Of a DNA stretch of 64,000 nucleotides, positions 44,650-55,131 are shown one piece after another. The stretch covers positions 1 to 64,000 of the IMG/VR virus record IMGVR_UViG_3300035670_000102; one strand, written 5' to 3'. Source of the DNA: a virus. A program made the translations under genes and the position numbers. The notes below the pieces were generated by a model that was not told where the DNA came from, ran no database searches, and saw only the letters and a list, made by a program, of their open reading frames with translations. How positions within the stretch are numbered: position 1 is the first letter of the stretch; every line of letters begins with the position of its first letter.

Positions 44650-44958
44650 ATGAAATCTTTTCAACAATTTATTTCAGAAAGTATCAATATTGCGGGAGAT
44701 TTCAATGGAAATCTCTATATGAACAGTTCTCAACCAGAACAAGCAACTGAATCTTTTCTTGCCGATGTAGTTTGGCAGGGTAAGATCTATCGTATGGAAG
44801 TTGAAGGTAAGATGATGAGTAAGAATGAACTTGCAGAACAACTGCAAGATGAATATCCAGGTGCAATTGTTCATAACATTTATCCAAACTCAACTAGTTC
44901 AGTAAAAGTTAAAAACGCACAAAGATATCAACCAGAAAGATTGACTTGGGGTGAGTGA
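44650..44958 (+). CDS. Hypothetical protein with capsid-targeting-like N-terminus
   Basis: MKSFQQFISE. Confidence 0.7.
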   Translation: MKSFQQFISESINIAGDFNGNLYMNSSQPEQATESFLADVVWQGKIYRMEVEGKMMSKNELAEQLQDEYPGAIVHNIYPNSTSSVKVKNAQRYQPERLTWGE

Positions 44959-44961
44959 TTT

Positions 44962-46236
44962 ATGGCACAATGGAATAAGAATACACAAGACTTCTTAAAC
45001 CAAGAAAGAAGTCTCTTTGAAACTTTTAATATTGCAGATCATTGGGGAAACCAGACAGATTGGAGACCACAGTTTTCTAATAACAATAGACTCAAGACCG
45101 CACCCTTCCAAACAGTTTTCTTTAATACATTCCAGTATGGTAAAGAAACTGATGTTTGGGATGAGAGAATAGTTGGAGTTGGAACTGCAACTTGGAACCA
45201 ATATTCAAGTAATGTGATTATGCAGGTTGGGGTCACTACAGGAAGCAAAGTTATTAGACAGACCAAGAATGTGATGAGATACATTCCTGGTAGACCCGCA
45301 ACACTCGCATTTGCAATCAGATTGGAACAACCTCAAGTAGGTATTCGTAGAAGATTTGGATTGTTTGACGATAATAATGGTGCTTACTTTGAGGATGATG
45401 GTGGAACATACTCTTATGTGATTCGTACAAGCACATCAGGAATTACTACAGAAATAAGAGTTGGTAGAGATGAATGGAATGGTGAAAAGTTTGATGGTAA
45501 TGGTTGGACTGGTGTAATCGCAGACCCAACAAAACAACAGATGATTTCCATAAGTTATGAGTGGTATGGTGCAGGAACAGTAGAATTTAATTGGTTAATG
45601 AAAGGTGAGACTATTAGAAGTCATCAATTTGATAACTCAAATAATCTCGATAAAGTTTGGTGTTCCACTCCATTCCTTCCAATTCGTTGTGAGATTGAGA
45701 ATGTAACTGGTGTTGCAGGAACTCATTATCTTTATCAAGGTTCCAATTCACTTATTCAAGAAGGTGGTGCAGATAAACTCGGAACTCTTTTGAGTCAGTC
45801 TAACGGGATTACTGGAACTACAATGGCAGTTGCAAATACATTCTACCCAATTATTAGTTTGAGACTTAAGTCAAGTGCTCTGAATGCAGTAATGCTTTTA
45901 AGATCTTTGCAAGCAGTAACTAATGATAATACGAATGTGTATTGGCAACTTTTACAAAATGCAACATTAACTAATCCAAACTGGACAAACCATCCAGATG
46001 TAGATTCATTTGTTCAATATGATATTTCTGCAACTGCACTTTCTGGGGGAAGAGATATTCTTTCTGGATTTACTATCTCTGGTGGTTCTTCTTTGACCGA
46101 AATTGATAGACTTGCAGACTTACAAATTGGAAGATCTGGGATTGGGACAATTAGTGACACAATTACTCTTGCTTGTGCATCTCCCAACACTAATAAAGCA
46201 GCACTTGTAGTATTGAACTGGATTGAGCAGAGGTAA
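44962..46236 (+). CDS. Beta-rich hypothetical protein, probably virion-associated (424 aa)
   Basis: Long ORF in the late module; G/T/W-rich. Confidence 0.6.
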   Translation: MAQWNKNTQDFLNQERSLFETFNIADHWGNQTDWRPQFSNNNRLKTAPFQTVFFNTFQYGKETDVWDERIVGVGTATWNQYSSNVIMQVGVTTGSKVIRQTKNVMRYIPGRPATLAFAIRLEQPQVGIRRRFGLFDDNNGAYFEDDGGTYSYVIRTSTSGITTEIRVGRDEWNGEKFDGNGWTGVIADPTKQQMISISYEWYGAGTVEFNWLMKGETIRSHQFDNSNNLDKVWCSTPFLPIRCEIENVTGVAGTHYLYQGSNSLIQEGGADKLGTLLSQSNGITGTTMAVANTFYPIISLRLKSSALNAVMLLRSLQAVTNDNTNVYWQLLQNATLTNPNWTNHPDVDSFVQYDISATALSGGRDILSGFTISGGSSLTEIDRLADLQIGRSGIGTISDTITLACASPNTNKAALVVLNWIEQR

Positions 46237-46241
46237 TTTTT

Positions 46242-47939
46242 ATGTCTGATAACGTTTATCTTGGCAATCCTAATTTAAAAAAGGCAAATACGCCTATTCA
46301 GTTCACTGAAGAACAAATTATTGAGTTCTTGAAGTGCAAAGAAGATCCCGTATACTTTGCAAAGAATTATATTAAGATTGTTTCTTTGGATCACGGTCTT
46401 GTTCCTTTCCAAATGTATCCGTTTCAGGAGAAACTTGTAAGGAACTTCCACGAAAATAGATTTAATATTTGCAAGATGCCCCGACAGACGGGTAAATCAA
46501 CTACTTGCGTTTCATACTTGTTACATTATGCAGTATTTAATGATAACGTTAATATTGCAATTCTAGCAAACAAAGCGTCTACTGCTAGAGACCTTCTCGG
46601 AAGATTGCAACTTGCTTATGAGAATTTGCCAAAATGGATGCAGCAAGGTATTATATCCTGGAACAAAGGATCACTTGAATTAGAAAATGGATCAAAAATT
46701 TCATCAAACTCCACTTCTTCATCTGCGGTTAGAGGTGGATCATACAATGTCATCTTTTTGGACGAATTTGCATTCATTCCGAATCACATTGCAGATGACT
46801 TTTTTGCTTCTGTTTATCCTACTATTTCTTCTGGACAAAGCACAAAGGTAATTATTGTTTCTACACCTCGCGGTATGAACCACTTCTACCGCATGTGGCA
46901 TGACGCTGAGAGGGGCAAGAACGAATATATACCCACAGATGTCCATTGGTCTGAAGTACCAGGTAGAGACGAAGCGTGGAAAGCACAGACGATTGCAAAC
47001 ACTTCAGAGCAACAATTCAAAGTTGAGTTTGAGTGTGAATTTTTAGGGTCAGTTAACACTCTTATTAATGCATCAAAACTTCGTAATCTTGCGTATGACG
47101 ATCCTATCAAAAGAAATGCTGGTTTAGATATCTATGAGCATCCAAAGGAAGAGCATAATTATCTAATTACAGTTGACGTTGCTCGTGGACTTGGAAATGA
47201 TTATTCAGCATTTGTTGTTTTTGATATTACCAATTTTCCTTATAAAGTTGTAGGAAAATATAAAAACAATGAAATTAAACCAATGTTGTTTCCCAGCATC
47301 ATTCACGAAGTGGCAAAAGGATACAATGATGCCTGGTTATTAATTGAAGTTAATGATATTGGAGATCAGGTAGCAAGTATTCTTCATTTTGATTTAGAAT
47401 ATGATAATGTTTTGATGTGTGCAATGAGAGGTCGTGCTGGGCAAATTGTTGGTTCGGGATTTAGTGGAAAGAAATCTCAACTTGGTGTCAGAATGACTGC
47501 AGCTGTTAAAAAATTAGGATGCTCTAATCTTAAGACCCTACTTGAAGATGATAAACTTTTAACAGTAGATTATGATATTATTAGCGAACTCACAACATTT
47601 TCTCAAAAACATAATTCATTTGAGGCAGAAGAAGGTTGTAATGATGACTTAGCAATGTGTCTTGTCATTTTCTCTTGGTTGGTTGCTCAAGATTATTTCA
47701 AAGAAATGACAGATAATGATGTTCGTAAGAGAATATATGAAGAGCAGAAAAATCAAATAGAACAAGATATGTCTCCTTTTGGATTTATCTCTGATGGATT
47801 AGAAGAAATGGAAGTCACTGTAGATTCTAACACTGGTGAAAAATGGATGTTTGCTAATGAAAATAATAAAATTCAAAGTTTGGAAGTTTGGAATGTAGAT
47901 GAATATGGTGATAGATCTTACATGTGGGATTATTTGTAA
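46242..47939 (+). CDS. g17: Terminase large subunit gp17
   Basis: YLGNPNLK; PRQTGKST Walker A; IFLDEFAF Walker B; STPRG; DVARG; NDDLAM. Confidence 0.98.
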   Translation: MSDNVYLGNPNLKKANTPIQFTEEQIIEFLKCKEDPVYFAKNYIKIVSLDHGLVPFQMYPFQEKLVRNFHENRFNICKMPRQTGKSTTCVSYLLHYAVFNDNVNIAILANKASTARDLLGRLQLAYENLPKWMQQGIISWNKGSLELENGSKISSNSTSSSAVRGGSYNVIFLDEFAFIPNHIADDFFASVYPTISSGQSTKVIIVSTPRGMNHFYRMWHDAERGKNEYIPTDVHWSEVPGRDEAWKAQTIANTSEQQFKVEFECEFLGSVNTLINASKLRNLAYDDPIKRNAGLDIYEHPKEEHNYLITVDVARGLGNDYSAFVVFDITNFPYKVVGKYKNNEIKPMLFPSIIHEVAKGYNDAWLLIEVNDIGDQVASILHFDLEYDNVLMCAMRGRAGQIVGSGFSGKKSQLGVRMTAAVKKLGCSNLKTLLEDDKLLTVDYDIISELTTFSQKHNSFEAEEGCNDDLAMCLVIFSWLVAQDYFKEMTDNDVRKRIYEEQKNQIEQDMSPFGFISDGLEEMEVTVDSNTGEKWMFANENNKIQSLEVWNVDEYGDRSYMWDYL

Positions 47940-47950
47940 CACGGGTAATT

Positions 47951-47958
47951 TATAAATA
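47951..47958 (+). promoter_or_regulatory. Late promoter TATAAATA
   Basis: Exact consensus before g18. Confidence 0.85.
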
Positions 47959-47995
47959 ATTTTAGAATAAATTCTGGTAAAACGGAGAGAGTAAG

Positions 47996-50149
47996 ATGCC
48001 GCTAAATTTAGCATCTCCTGGAATTGTAGTAAGAGAGGTTGACTTAACCATTGGGAGAGCAACACCATCATCAGATAAAATTGGAGCAATTGTTGCACCT
48101 TTTGCGAAAGGTCCGGTTGAATCTCCAACTGTGGTTGAAAATGAAAATGATTTATTAAAGATTTTTGGTGAGCCATATGATGTTGATAAGCATTACGAAT
48201 ATTGGTTAACTGCATCATCATATCTTTCATACGGTGGATCACTTAGAGTTGTTAGATCTAATGATTCCCAACTCACAAATGGATTTGTTGGTGCAGCTTC
48301 TAGTGTAAAAATTAAAAGTCTGGATCATTACAATGAGTTAGGATATGGTAGTAATACAATCACTAATGTAACTTTTGTAGCACAAAATCCAGGTTCTTGG
48401 TCTAATGGGGTACGAGTTGCAATCATTGACTCTAAAGCTGATCAAACTTTAGGAGTAACCACAACAAATATTGTAGTTGGTTACGGTGTAACTCAATCAG
48501 TCTCTGGTAAAGTTTTAGCAGGTTCGGGTACAACTTCCGTTTTAGATGGCTATTTAAGAGGAATTGTTACTGAAATCGGAACAGGAACAATAGGTGTTAA
48601 GGTTCTTTCTCATGTTTCTGCTGGAGGAACTGAAACAAAGTTAGATTATACTCCAAATGGTGTATATTCGTATGAAACTGGTTCAAATATAATTATTAAA
48701 GATAATAGCAATGTTGGTGTTGCTACAACAACTGTTAATACCAAGTTAGATTGGTTTGATCAACAGACCATAGGAATTACCACATCATCAATAGTTTATT
48801 GGAATACATTAGCACAGAGACCATCTACAACAGAATTTGCAGTTGCTAGAGGTTCTAGATTTGATGAAGTTCATGTAGTGGTAATTGATGCGTTAGGTAC
48901 GATTACCGGAAACGCAGGAACTATTTTAGAAAAGCACTTAGGTTTATCAAAGGCATCTGATGCACAATTTTCCGTTGGTTCTCCATCTTATTGGAGAAAA
49001 TATCTTTCAAATACGTCGGCTTATATTTTTGGAGGAAGTTCTCCAACCGGAATCGTAACTACTGGATTTTCAAATTCAAATAATACTTTAGAATCTGATG
49101 TTGGTTGGGACCAAGAAGCTGATGGAATCACTTTTGCCGCATGTGGATCAAATACTTATATTTTAGGTGGTGGCAAAAACTATGATGGAACATCTACTTT
49201 AACTTCAGGATCTCTTACTGCAACTATTGGAGATTTATCTTCTGGATATGATTTATTTGAAAACACAGATAATTTCAAAGTTGACTTTTTATTGATGGGA
49301 TCTGCAAATTATGCAAAAGAAAATGCACAATCTTTAGCGAATAAATTAATTTCTGTTGCAGAATTAAGAAAAGATGCAATTGCATTTATTTCACCATATA
49401 GAGCTTCTTCACTTACAGATACTTCAAATCAAAATGAAGTAACTGTAAGGTCAGCTTCCGATATTACAGATAATGTACTTTCATTCTATTCTGCAGTTGC
49501 ATCATCCACTTATGCAGTGTTTGATTCTGGTTATAAGTACATGTATGATAGATTTTCTGATACTTTTAGATATGTTCCATTAAATGGAGATATTGCAGGA
49601 ACTTGTGCAAGAAATGATATTAATAATTTCCCATGGTATTCACCTGCAGGTACTGCCAGAGGTTCTATTTTGAATGCAGTAAAACTTGCATACAATCCAT
49701 CTAAAACACAAAGAGATAGATTATATTCAAATAGAATTAATTCCGTTATATTTTCACCAGGTGCTGGAATTATTCTATTTGGAGATAAAACTGGTTATGC
49801 AAAATCTTCTGCATTTGATAGAATCAATGTTAGAAGATTGTTTATCTATCTTGAAAACGCAATTTCGCAAGCAGCTAAAGATCAACTTTTTGAATTCAAT
49901 GATTCTTTAACTAGAACAAACTTTGTAAATACAATAGAACCATTTTTGCGTGATGTTCAAGCTAAAAGAGGTATTTTTGATTATGTAGTGGTTTGTGACG
50001 AAACTAATAATACTGCTGCGGTGATTGATAATAATGAATTTATTGCTGATATCTACATTAAACCATCCAGATCAATTAATTTTATTGGTCTTAACTTCAT
50101 TGCAACCAAAACTGGTGTTGCTTTTGAAGAAGTAATCGGAAACTTTTAA
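47996..50149 (+). CDS. g18: Tail sheath protein gp18
   Basis: SPGIVVREVDLT...PWYSPAG..RG...FDRINVRRLF. Confidence 0.97.
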   Translation: MPLNLASPGIVVREVDLTIGRATPSSDKIGAIVAPFAKGPVESPTVVENENDLLKIFGEPYDVDKHYEYWLTASSYLSYGGSLRVVRSNDSQLTNGFVGAASSVKIKSLDHYNELGYGSNTITNVTFVAQNPGSWSNGVRVAIIDSKADQTLGVTTTNIVVGYGVTQSVSGKVLAGSGTTSVLDGYLRGIVTEIGTGTIGVKVLSHVSAGGTETKLDYTPNGVYSYETGSNIIIKDNSNVGVATTTVNTKLDWFDQQTIGITTSSIVYWNTLAQRPSTTEFAVARGSRFDEVHVVVIDALGTITGNAGTILEKHLGLSKASDAQFSVGSPSYWRKYLSNTSAYIFGGSSPTGIVTTGFSNSNNTLESDVGWDQEADGITFAACGSNTYILGGGKNYDGTSTLTSGSLTATIGDLSSGYDLFENTDNFKVDFLLMGSANYAKENAQSLANKLISVAELRKDAIAFISPYRASSLTDTSNQNEVTVRSASDITDNVLSFYSAVASSTYAVFDSGYKYMYDRFSDTFRYVPLNGDIAGTCARNDINNFPWYSPAGTARGSILNAVKLAYNPSKTQRDRLYSNRINSVIFSPGAGIILFGDKTGYAKSSAFDRINVRRLFIYLENAISQAAKDQLFEFNDSLTRTNFVNTIEPFLRDVQAKRGIFDYVVVCDETNNTAAVIDNNEFIADIYIKPSRSINFIGLNFIATKTGVAFEEVIGNF

Positions 50150-50172
50150 TTAACTAAGAGGTTTTAACAGCT

Positions 50173-50763
50173 ATGGCAACTAGAAATCAATTAAATCCAC
50201 CTCCTTTAAGAAAGATTACGGATTTCAAAAGTAAATTAACTGGCGGTGGCGCAAGAAGTAATCTTTTTGAAGTTGTATTATCATTCCCAGATTTGGCAGC
50301 AACCGATACTAATGTTTTGGATAAGTCTAGATTTTTAGTTAAATCTGCGGCTCTTCCGGCATCAAATATTGCACCTTTAGATGTTGCATTTAGAGGTAGA
50401 GTTTTAAAAGTTGCTGGAGATAGAACTTTTGATAGTTGGACAATTACAATTATTAATGATACTGATTTTGCAATCAGATCTGCTTTTGAAAATTGGATGA
50501 ATAAAATTAATAGATTATCTGATAATACAGGTTCAACTGATCCATCAACGTATCAGGCAGACGCTTTTGTTTATCAATTAGATCGTGATGGTAGTACATT
50601 ACGCGCATATCACATGTACGATTTATTCCCAACTTCAATTAGCCAGATTCCTTTAGATTATGGTACTAGCACAATCCAAGAATTTACAGTAGAAATGCAA
50701 GTTCTTTGGTGGGAAGCAATTAAAGGAGATTCTCCTGTTGCAGGTGGTCAGGATATTAACTAA
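50173..50763 (+). CDS. g19: Tail tube protein gp19
   Basis: GGARSNLFEV...FRGR.LKVAGDRTFD.WTIT. Confidence 0.97.
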   Translation: MATRNQLNPPPLRKITDFKSKLTGGGARSNLFEVVLSFPDLAATDTNVLDKSRFLVKSAALPASNIAPLDVAFRGRVLKVAGDRTFDSWTITIINDTDFAIRSAFENWMNKINRLSDNTGSTDPSTYQADAFVYQLDRDGSTLRAYHMYDLFPTSISQIPLDYGTSTIQEFTVEMQVLWWEAIKGDSPVAGGQDIN

Positions 50764-50797
50764 ATAATATATAATTAAGAGATTTAAAATTTATAAT

Positions 50798-52447
50798 ATG
50801 GCAAAACTTTTTGGTTTTTCAATTGAACCTAATGAGAAAAAACCAGATTCTATAGTTTCCCCCGTCCCCCCTAATAATGAGGACGGGGTTGATTATTTTA
50901 TTCAATCTGGTTTTTATGGTCAATATGTAGATATTGAAGGGGTATACAGAACAGAATACGATTTAATTCGTAGATATAGGGAAATGGCACTCCATCCAGA
51001 ATGTGATGGGGCAATAGAAGATGTTGTAAATGAAGCTATAGTCAGTGATTTGTATGATTCTCCAGTAGAAATTGAATTAAGTAATTTAAATGCTAGCGAT
51101 AAATTAAAAGAAATTATAAGATCTGAATTTAGATACATTAAAGAAATTATGGATTTTGATAAAAAATGCCATGAGATCTTTAGAAATTGGTATATTGATG
51201 GGAGAATTTATTATCTCAAAGTTATAGATTTGAAGAAACCTGAAGAAGGTATTCAGGAATTGAGATATATCGATCCAATGAAAATGAAACATATTCGCCA
51301 AGAAAAAAAGGATAAAAATAACGGATATGTGAACATAAACAGAGGTTATGAAGAAAATAAATTTCCAGAGATAGAAGAATATTTTGTTTATACACCAACT
51401 CCAAATTTTCCAGCTGGAACAATAAGTGGAGGATCTAAAAAAGGAGTAAAAATTGCAAAAGATGCAATTGCATATACTACTTCAGGTTTAGTAGATAGAA
51501 ATAAAGGAACTATTCTTTCATATCTCCATAAAGCAATTAAAGCTCTTAATCAACTTAGAATGATTGAAGATTCGCTAGTCATTTATAGATTATCGAGAGC
51601 ACCAGAACGTCGTATTTTTTATATCGATGTTGGCAACCTTCCAAAATTAAAGGCTGAACAATATCTAAAAGAAGTGATGTCTCGCTATAGAAACAAGTTA
51701 ACTTATGATGCAAATACTGGAGAAGTACGAGATGATCGTAAGTTTATGAGTATGATGGAAGATTTTTGGCTTCCCCGTCGTGAAGGTGGTAGAGGAACTG
51801 AAATTACAACTCTTCCAGGTGGGCAAAATCTTGGAGAAATTACAGATATTAACTATTTTCAGAAAAAGCTTTATAGGGCACTAGGTGTACCTGAATCCAG
51901 AATTGCTGGAAGTGGTGATGGCTTTAATCTTGGAAGATCATCAGAAATTTTAAGAGATGAACTTAAATTTTCAAAATTTGTTGGACGCTTAAGAAAAAGA
52001 TTTTCAAACATATTTAATGATTTGTTGCGCACTCAATTATTATTAAAAAATATAGTCTCAACAGAAGATTGGGACAAAATGACAGATCATATTCAATATG
52101 ACTTTTTATATGACAATCATTTTGCAGAATTAAAAGAGGCAGAATTATTAACAAATAGATTAACATTGGCAACAACAATTGAACCTTATATTGGTAAGTA
52201 TTATTCAGTTGAATATGTACGTAGAAAAATATTAAGACAGACTGATACTGAAATTGTAGAAATTGATATTCAAATTGATGATGAAATTCAAAAGGGTATT
52301 CTACCAGATCCAAATGCGCCTGTAGATGAGATGGGTAATCCATTACCACCAGAAGGAAGCGTACCTCCAGAAACAAATACTTCTGAAGTTATTGCAGAAC
52401 CAGAAGTGCCTCCAGCCCCACCAGAACCTAAAGGTGGCAAAATATAA
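50798..52447 (+). CDS. g20: Portal protein gp20
   Basis: IYRLSRAPERRIFYIDVGNLP; EDFWLPRREGGRGTEI. Confidence 0.98.
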   Translation: MAKLFGFSIEPNEKKPDSIVSPVPPNNEDGVDYFIQSGFYGQYVDIEGVYRTEYDLIRRYREMALHPECDGAIEDVVNEAIVSDLYDSPVEIELSNLNASDKLKEIIRSEFRYIKEIMDFDKKCHEIFRNWYIDGRIYYLKVIDLKKPEEGIQELRYIDPMKMKHIRQEKKDKNNGYVNINRGYEENKFPEIEEYFVYTPTPNFPAGTISGGSKKGVKIAKDAIAYTTSGLVDRNKGTILSYLHKAIKALNQLRMIEDSLVIYRLSRAPERRIFYIDVGNLPKLKAEQYLKEVMSRYRNKLTYDANTGEVRDDRKFMSMMEDFWLPRREGGRGTEITTLPGGQNLGEITDINYFQKKLYRALGVPESRIAGSGDGFNLGRSSEILRDELKFSKFVGRLRKRFSNIFNDLLRTQLLLKNIVSTEDWDKMTDHIQYDFLYDNHFAELKEAELLTNRLTLATTIEPYIGKYYSVEYVRRKILRQTDTEIVEIDIQIDDEIQKGILPDPNAPVDEMGNPLPPEGSVPPETNTSEVIAEPEVPPAPPEPKGGKI

Positions 52448-52450
52448 ATA
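52443..52450 (+). promoter_or_regulatory. Late promoter TATAAATA
   Basis: Exact consensus. Confidence 0.8.
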
Positions 52451-52474
52451 ACTCTATAATAATAATAAAATTGT

Positions 52475-52669
52475 ATGGAAAATGTTATCGATTTGATTGC
52501 AACGGATAGTTCACCATCTGAAATTTCAGATGCGATCAAGTCCGTTATCTATAGTAAAGCTATGGATAGACTTGATGCTATAAAACCACAAATTGCTTCA
52601 TCTCTTTTTGATTTAGATGATGAAAATGATAATGGTGAAAGTTCAGATGATTCAGAGGATTTAGAATAA
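52475..52669 (+). CDS. Small acidic prohead-core-like protein (gp67 position)
   Basis: Position after g20; acidic tail. Confidence 0.55.
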   Translation: MENVIDLIATDSSPSEISDAIKSVIYSKAMDRLDAIKPQIASSLFDLDDENDNGESSDDSEDLE

Positions 52670-53199
52670 TGGCAGTAAAAATTGTTCAAACTGTTAATAA
52701 AATAACTGCAAACCCTGGAGTTGCTGGAACTAGCAATCCTATAGCGTTGAAAAGTGGATATATCAGGATTTCTATCGCATCTTCGGGAGTTGGTTGTTAT
52801 GTTGCAACTGGAAATGATCCAGTAGCAACAACAAATGATTTTCACATTTCAACATATAGTGCTGAAGTATTAAAGGAAAGAATTGCCAGACAAAAAATTG
52901 TTGGCATTACTACCGGAACAACTACAACCGTCACTTTTGACAATAATGCAGGAAATCCATTTTTATCAACGGATTATGTAACTATTCAAAATGCTCCAAC
53001 TGCAGGAATTAATACAACACATAGATCCATAGTATCATTAACTGATTCATCTGTCACAATTAATTTTAATAGTTCTTCAATTACTTCACCAGATATTACT
53101 GGTGCAGATTTAGTCAGAAGTGTAAAAGTTTCCGCATACACAACAGATCCTAATATAGGCATTAGTGTTACAGAAATTGTTTCTCTAGTTTCCGAGTAA
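52669..53199 (+). CDS. Putative virion structural protein (176 aa)
   Basis: S/T-rich beta protein between g20 and g21. Confidence 0.6.
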   Translation: MAVKIVQTVNKITANPGVAGTSNPIALKSGYIRISIASSGVGCYVATGNDPVATTNDFHISTYSAEVLKERIARQKIVGITTGTTTTVTFDNNAGNPFLSTDYVTIQNAPTAGINTTHRSIVSLTDSSVTINFNSSSITSPDITGADLVRSVKVSAYTTDPNIGISVTEIVSLVSE

Positions 53200-53203
53200 A
53201 AAA

Positions 53204-53854
53204 ATGAAACTCATCACAGAAGAAGTACAACAGGTTAAGTTCATAACTGAAGGTAAAGGTACTGAAAAGAAAATGTTTATTGAAGGTATTTTCCTTCAGG
53301 GAGACATTTGCAATCGTAATGGAAGAATGTATCCTATGGAAACTCTTTCCCGCGAGGTTAAGAGATATACAGAAGCATTTATTAATAAAGGACGTGCTCT
53401 TGGAGAACTTGGGCATCCAGATGGTCCAACCGTAAATCTTGATCGTGTTTCTCATAAAATTGTTTCTCTTGAACAAGATGGATGCAATTTTAAAGGAAAA
53501 GCTCAGATTCTTGAAACTCCCATGGGTAAAATTGCTAAATCTCTTTTAGATTCTGGCGTTTGTCTTGGTGTTTCTTCTCGTGGTGTTGGATCACTTCAAA
53601 TGACTAATGAAGGTCATAAAGTTGTTGGTAAAGATTTTATGCTGGCAACTGCTGCTGATATTGTTGCAGATCCTTCTGCCCCTGATGCATTTGTTCAGGG
53701 AATTATGGAAGGTAAAGAATGGGTTTGGGAAGGAGGAATCCTTCGTGAAAAACTCGCAGAATCAACAAAGCGTAGAATAAATACCCTAGTTGACGAAAGA
53801 AAACTTCAGGAACATAAGTTAAATTTATTCAATGAATTTCTTTCAAATCTTTAA
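53204..53854 (+). CDS. g21: Prohead protease gp21
   Basis: MKLITE; NRNGRMYP; ALGELGHP; LGVSSRG.GS; DIVADPSAPDA. Confidence 0.97.
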   Translation: MKLITEEVQQVKFITEGKGTEKKMFIEGIFLQGDICNRNGRMYPMETLSREVKRYTEAFINKGRALGELGHPDGPTVNLDRVSHKIVSLEQDGCNFKGKAQILETPMGKIAKSLLDSGVCLGVSSRGVGSLQMTNEGHKVVGKDFMLATAADIVADPSAPDAFVQGIMEGKEWVWEGGILREKLAESTKRRINTLVDERKLQEHKLNLFNEFLSNL

Positions 53855-53856
53855 TT

Positions 53857-53864
53857 TATAAATA
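53857..53864 (+). promoter_or_regulatory. Late promoter TATAAATA
   Basis: Exact consensus before g22. Confidence 0.85.
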
Positions 53865-53893
53865 AATATAGATTATAACACAATCAAACTAAA

Positions 53894-55081
53894 ATGTCCG
53901 TTGGTAGAAATTTACAAGAAATGGAAAACGTAGTAACCAAAGGGGCTGCACCTGCCGAACCAATGCACAATATTGCTCAGAATGCATCTGGAGTTGCAAC
54001 TCCAGGTCAAACTGGTGCATGGGAAGATTTAGGTGGTCCTACTCCAGAAAATTACACAAACGATCCAGAAGGTCCAGCAAAACTTAAGGATCCAGGAGCA
54101 ACTCTCGCTCAAGTTAGAGATGTTGTAAACGCTAAAGCCGTTAAAGCTTCTGCAGTTAAAGAAGAAACTGAAGAAGATGAAGAAGATCTTATTGATGAAG
54201 AAGAAATCGATGAAGAAGAAATCGATGAAGAAGAAATCGATGAAGATGAAGTAGTAGCAGAAGCTAAGAAAGAAGAGGAAGAAGAAGAGGAAGAAGAAGA
54301 GGAAGAAGGTGGTAAGAAAAAAGGTAAAAAGGAAATGGAAGAAGAGTTTGACATTGAGGAAGATGTCAATGCTCTCCTTGCTGGTGAAGAGCTTTCTGAG
54401 GAATTCCAGGAGAAAGCACGTACCATCTTTGAGGCCGCAATTCGCTCAAAAGTTTTTGAGATCAAAGAGTCTCTTCAAGAAACTTATGAATCTGCACTCG
54501 TAGAAGAGGTAGAATTTATTAAGCAAGAACTTATTGAGCGTGTTGACGCATACCTTGAATATGTTGCTGACGAGTGGATCCAAGAAAATGCACTCGCAGT
54601 TGAGCATGGTCTCAAGACCGAAATGACCGAATCATTCCTCCAAGGAATGAAGGGTCTTTTTGAAGATCATTATGTTTCAATCCCTGAAGATAGATATGAT
54701 GTAATCGAGAGTATGGTAGATAAACTTGATGAAATGGAAGAAAAACTCAACGAGCAAATCGAAAGAAATGTTGCTCTGAATAGAAGATTAGCAGAGTCGG
54801 TTGCTGATGTAATTTTTGCAGATGTCGCTGAGGGTCTTGCACTTTCTCAGAAGGACAAACTCGCTTCTCTTGCCGAAAATGTTGAGTTTGATGGTGAAGC
54901 AAACTATCGTGAGAAACTGGTAACTCTGAGGGAATCTTATTTCCCAACAAATACTGGTACTCAAAGAGATATGACTGAGAATTTATCAGAAGAAGTTTCT
55001 TATGAAGGAACTGAAGGTTCTTCAGTTTCCCCAACAATGGAAGCATATCTTCAAACTCTCAGCAGAGTCGCTAAAAAGTGA
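53894..55081 (+). CDS. g22: Prohead core scaffold gp22
   Basis: ELSEEF.EKA.TIFEAA; YLEYV..EW..EN; acidic linker. Confidence 0.95.
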   Translation: MSVGRNLQEMENVVTKGAAPAEPMHNIAQNASGVATPGQTGAWEDLGGPTPENYTNDPEGPAKLKDPGATLAQVRDVVNAKAVKASAVKEETEEDEEDLIDEEEIDEEEIDEEEIDEDEVVAEAKKEEEEEEEEEEEEGGKKKGKKEMEEEFDIEEDVNALLAGEELSEEFQEKARTIFEAAIRSKVFEIKESLQETYESALVEEVEFIKQELIERVDAYLEYVADEWIQENALAVEHGLKTEMTESFLQGMKGLFEDHYVSIPEDRYDVIESMVDKLDEMEEKLNEQIERNVALNRRLAESVADVIFADVAEGLALSQKDKLASLAENVEFDGEANYREKLVTLRESYFPTNTGTQRDMTENLSEEVSYEGTEGSSVSPTMEAYLQTLSRVAKK

Positions 55082-55131
55082 TTTTTAAATTATACAAATC
55101 AAACTAAAACTTTTTAAAAGAGGTAAAACCA

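Noticed and set aside
54161-54308. GATGAAGAAGAAATC and GAAGAAGAG tandem repeats
   Set aside because: Ordinary low-complexity acidic linker of scaffold gp22
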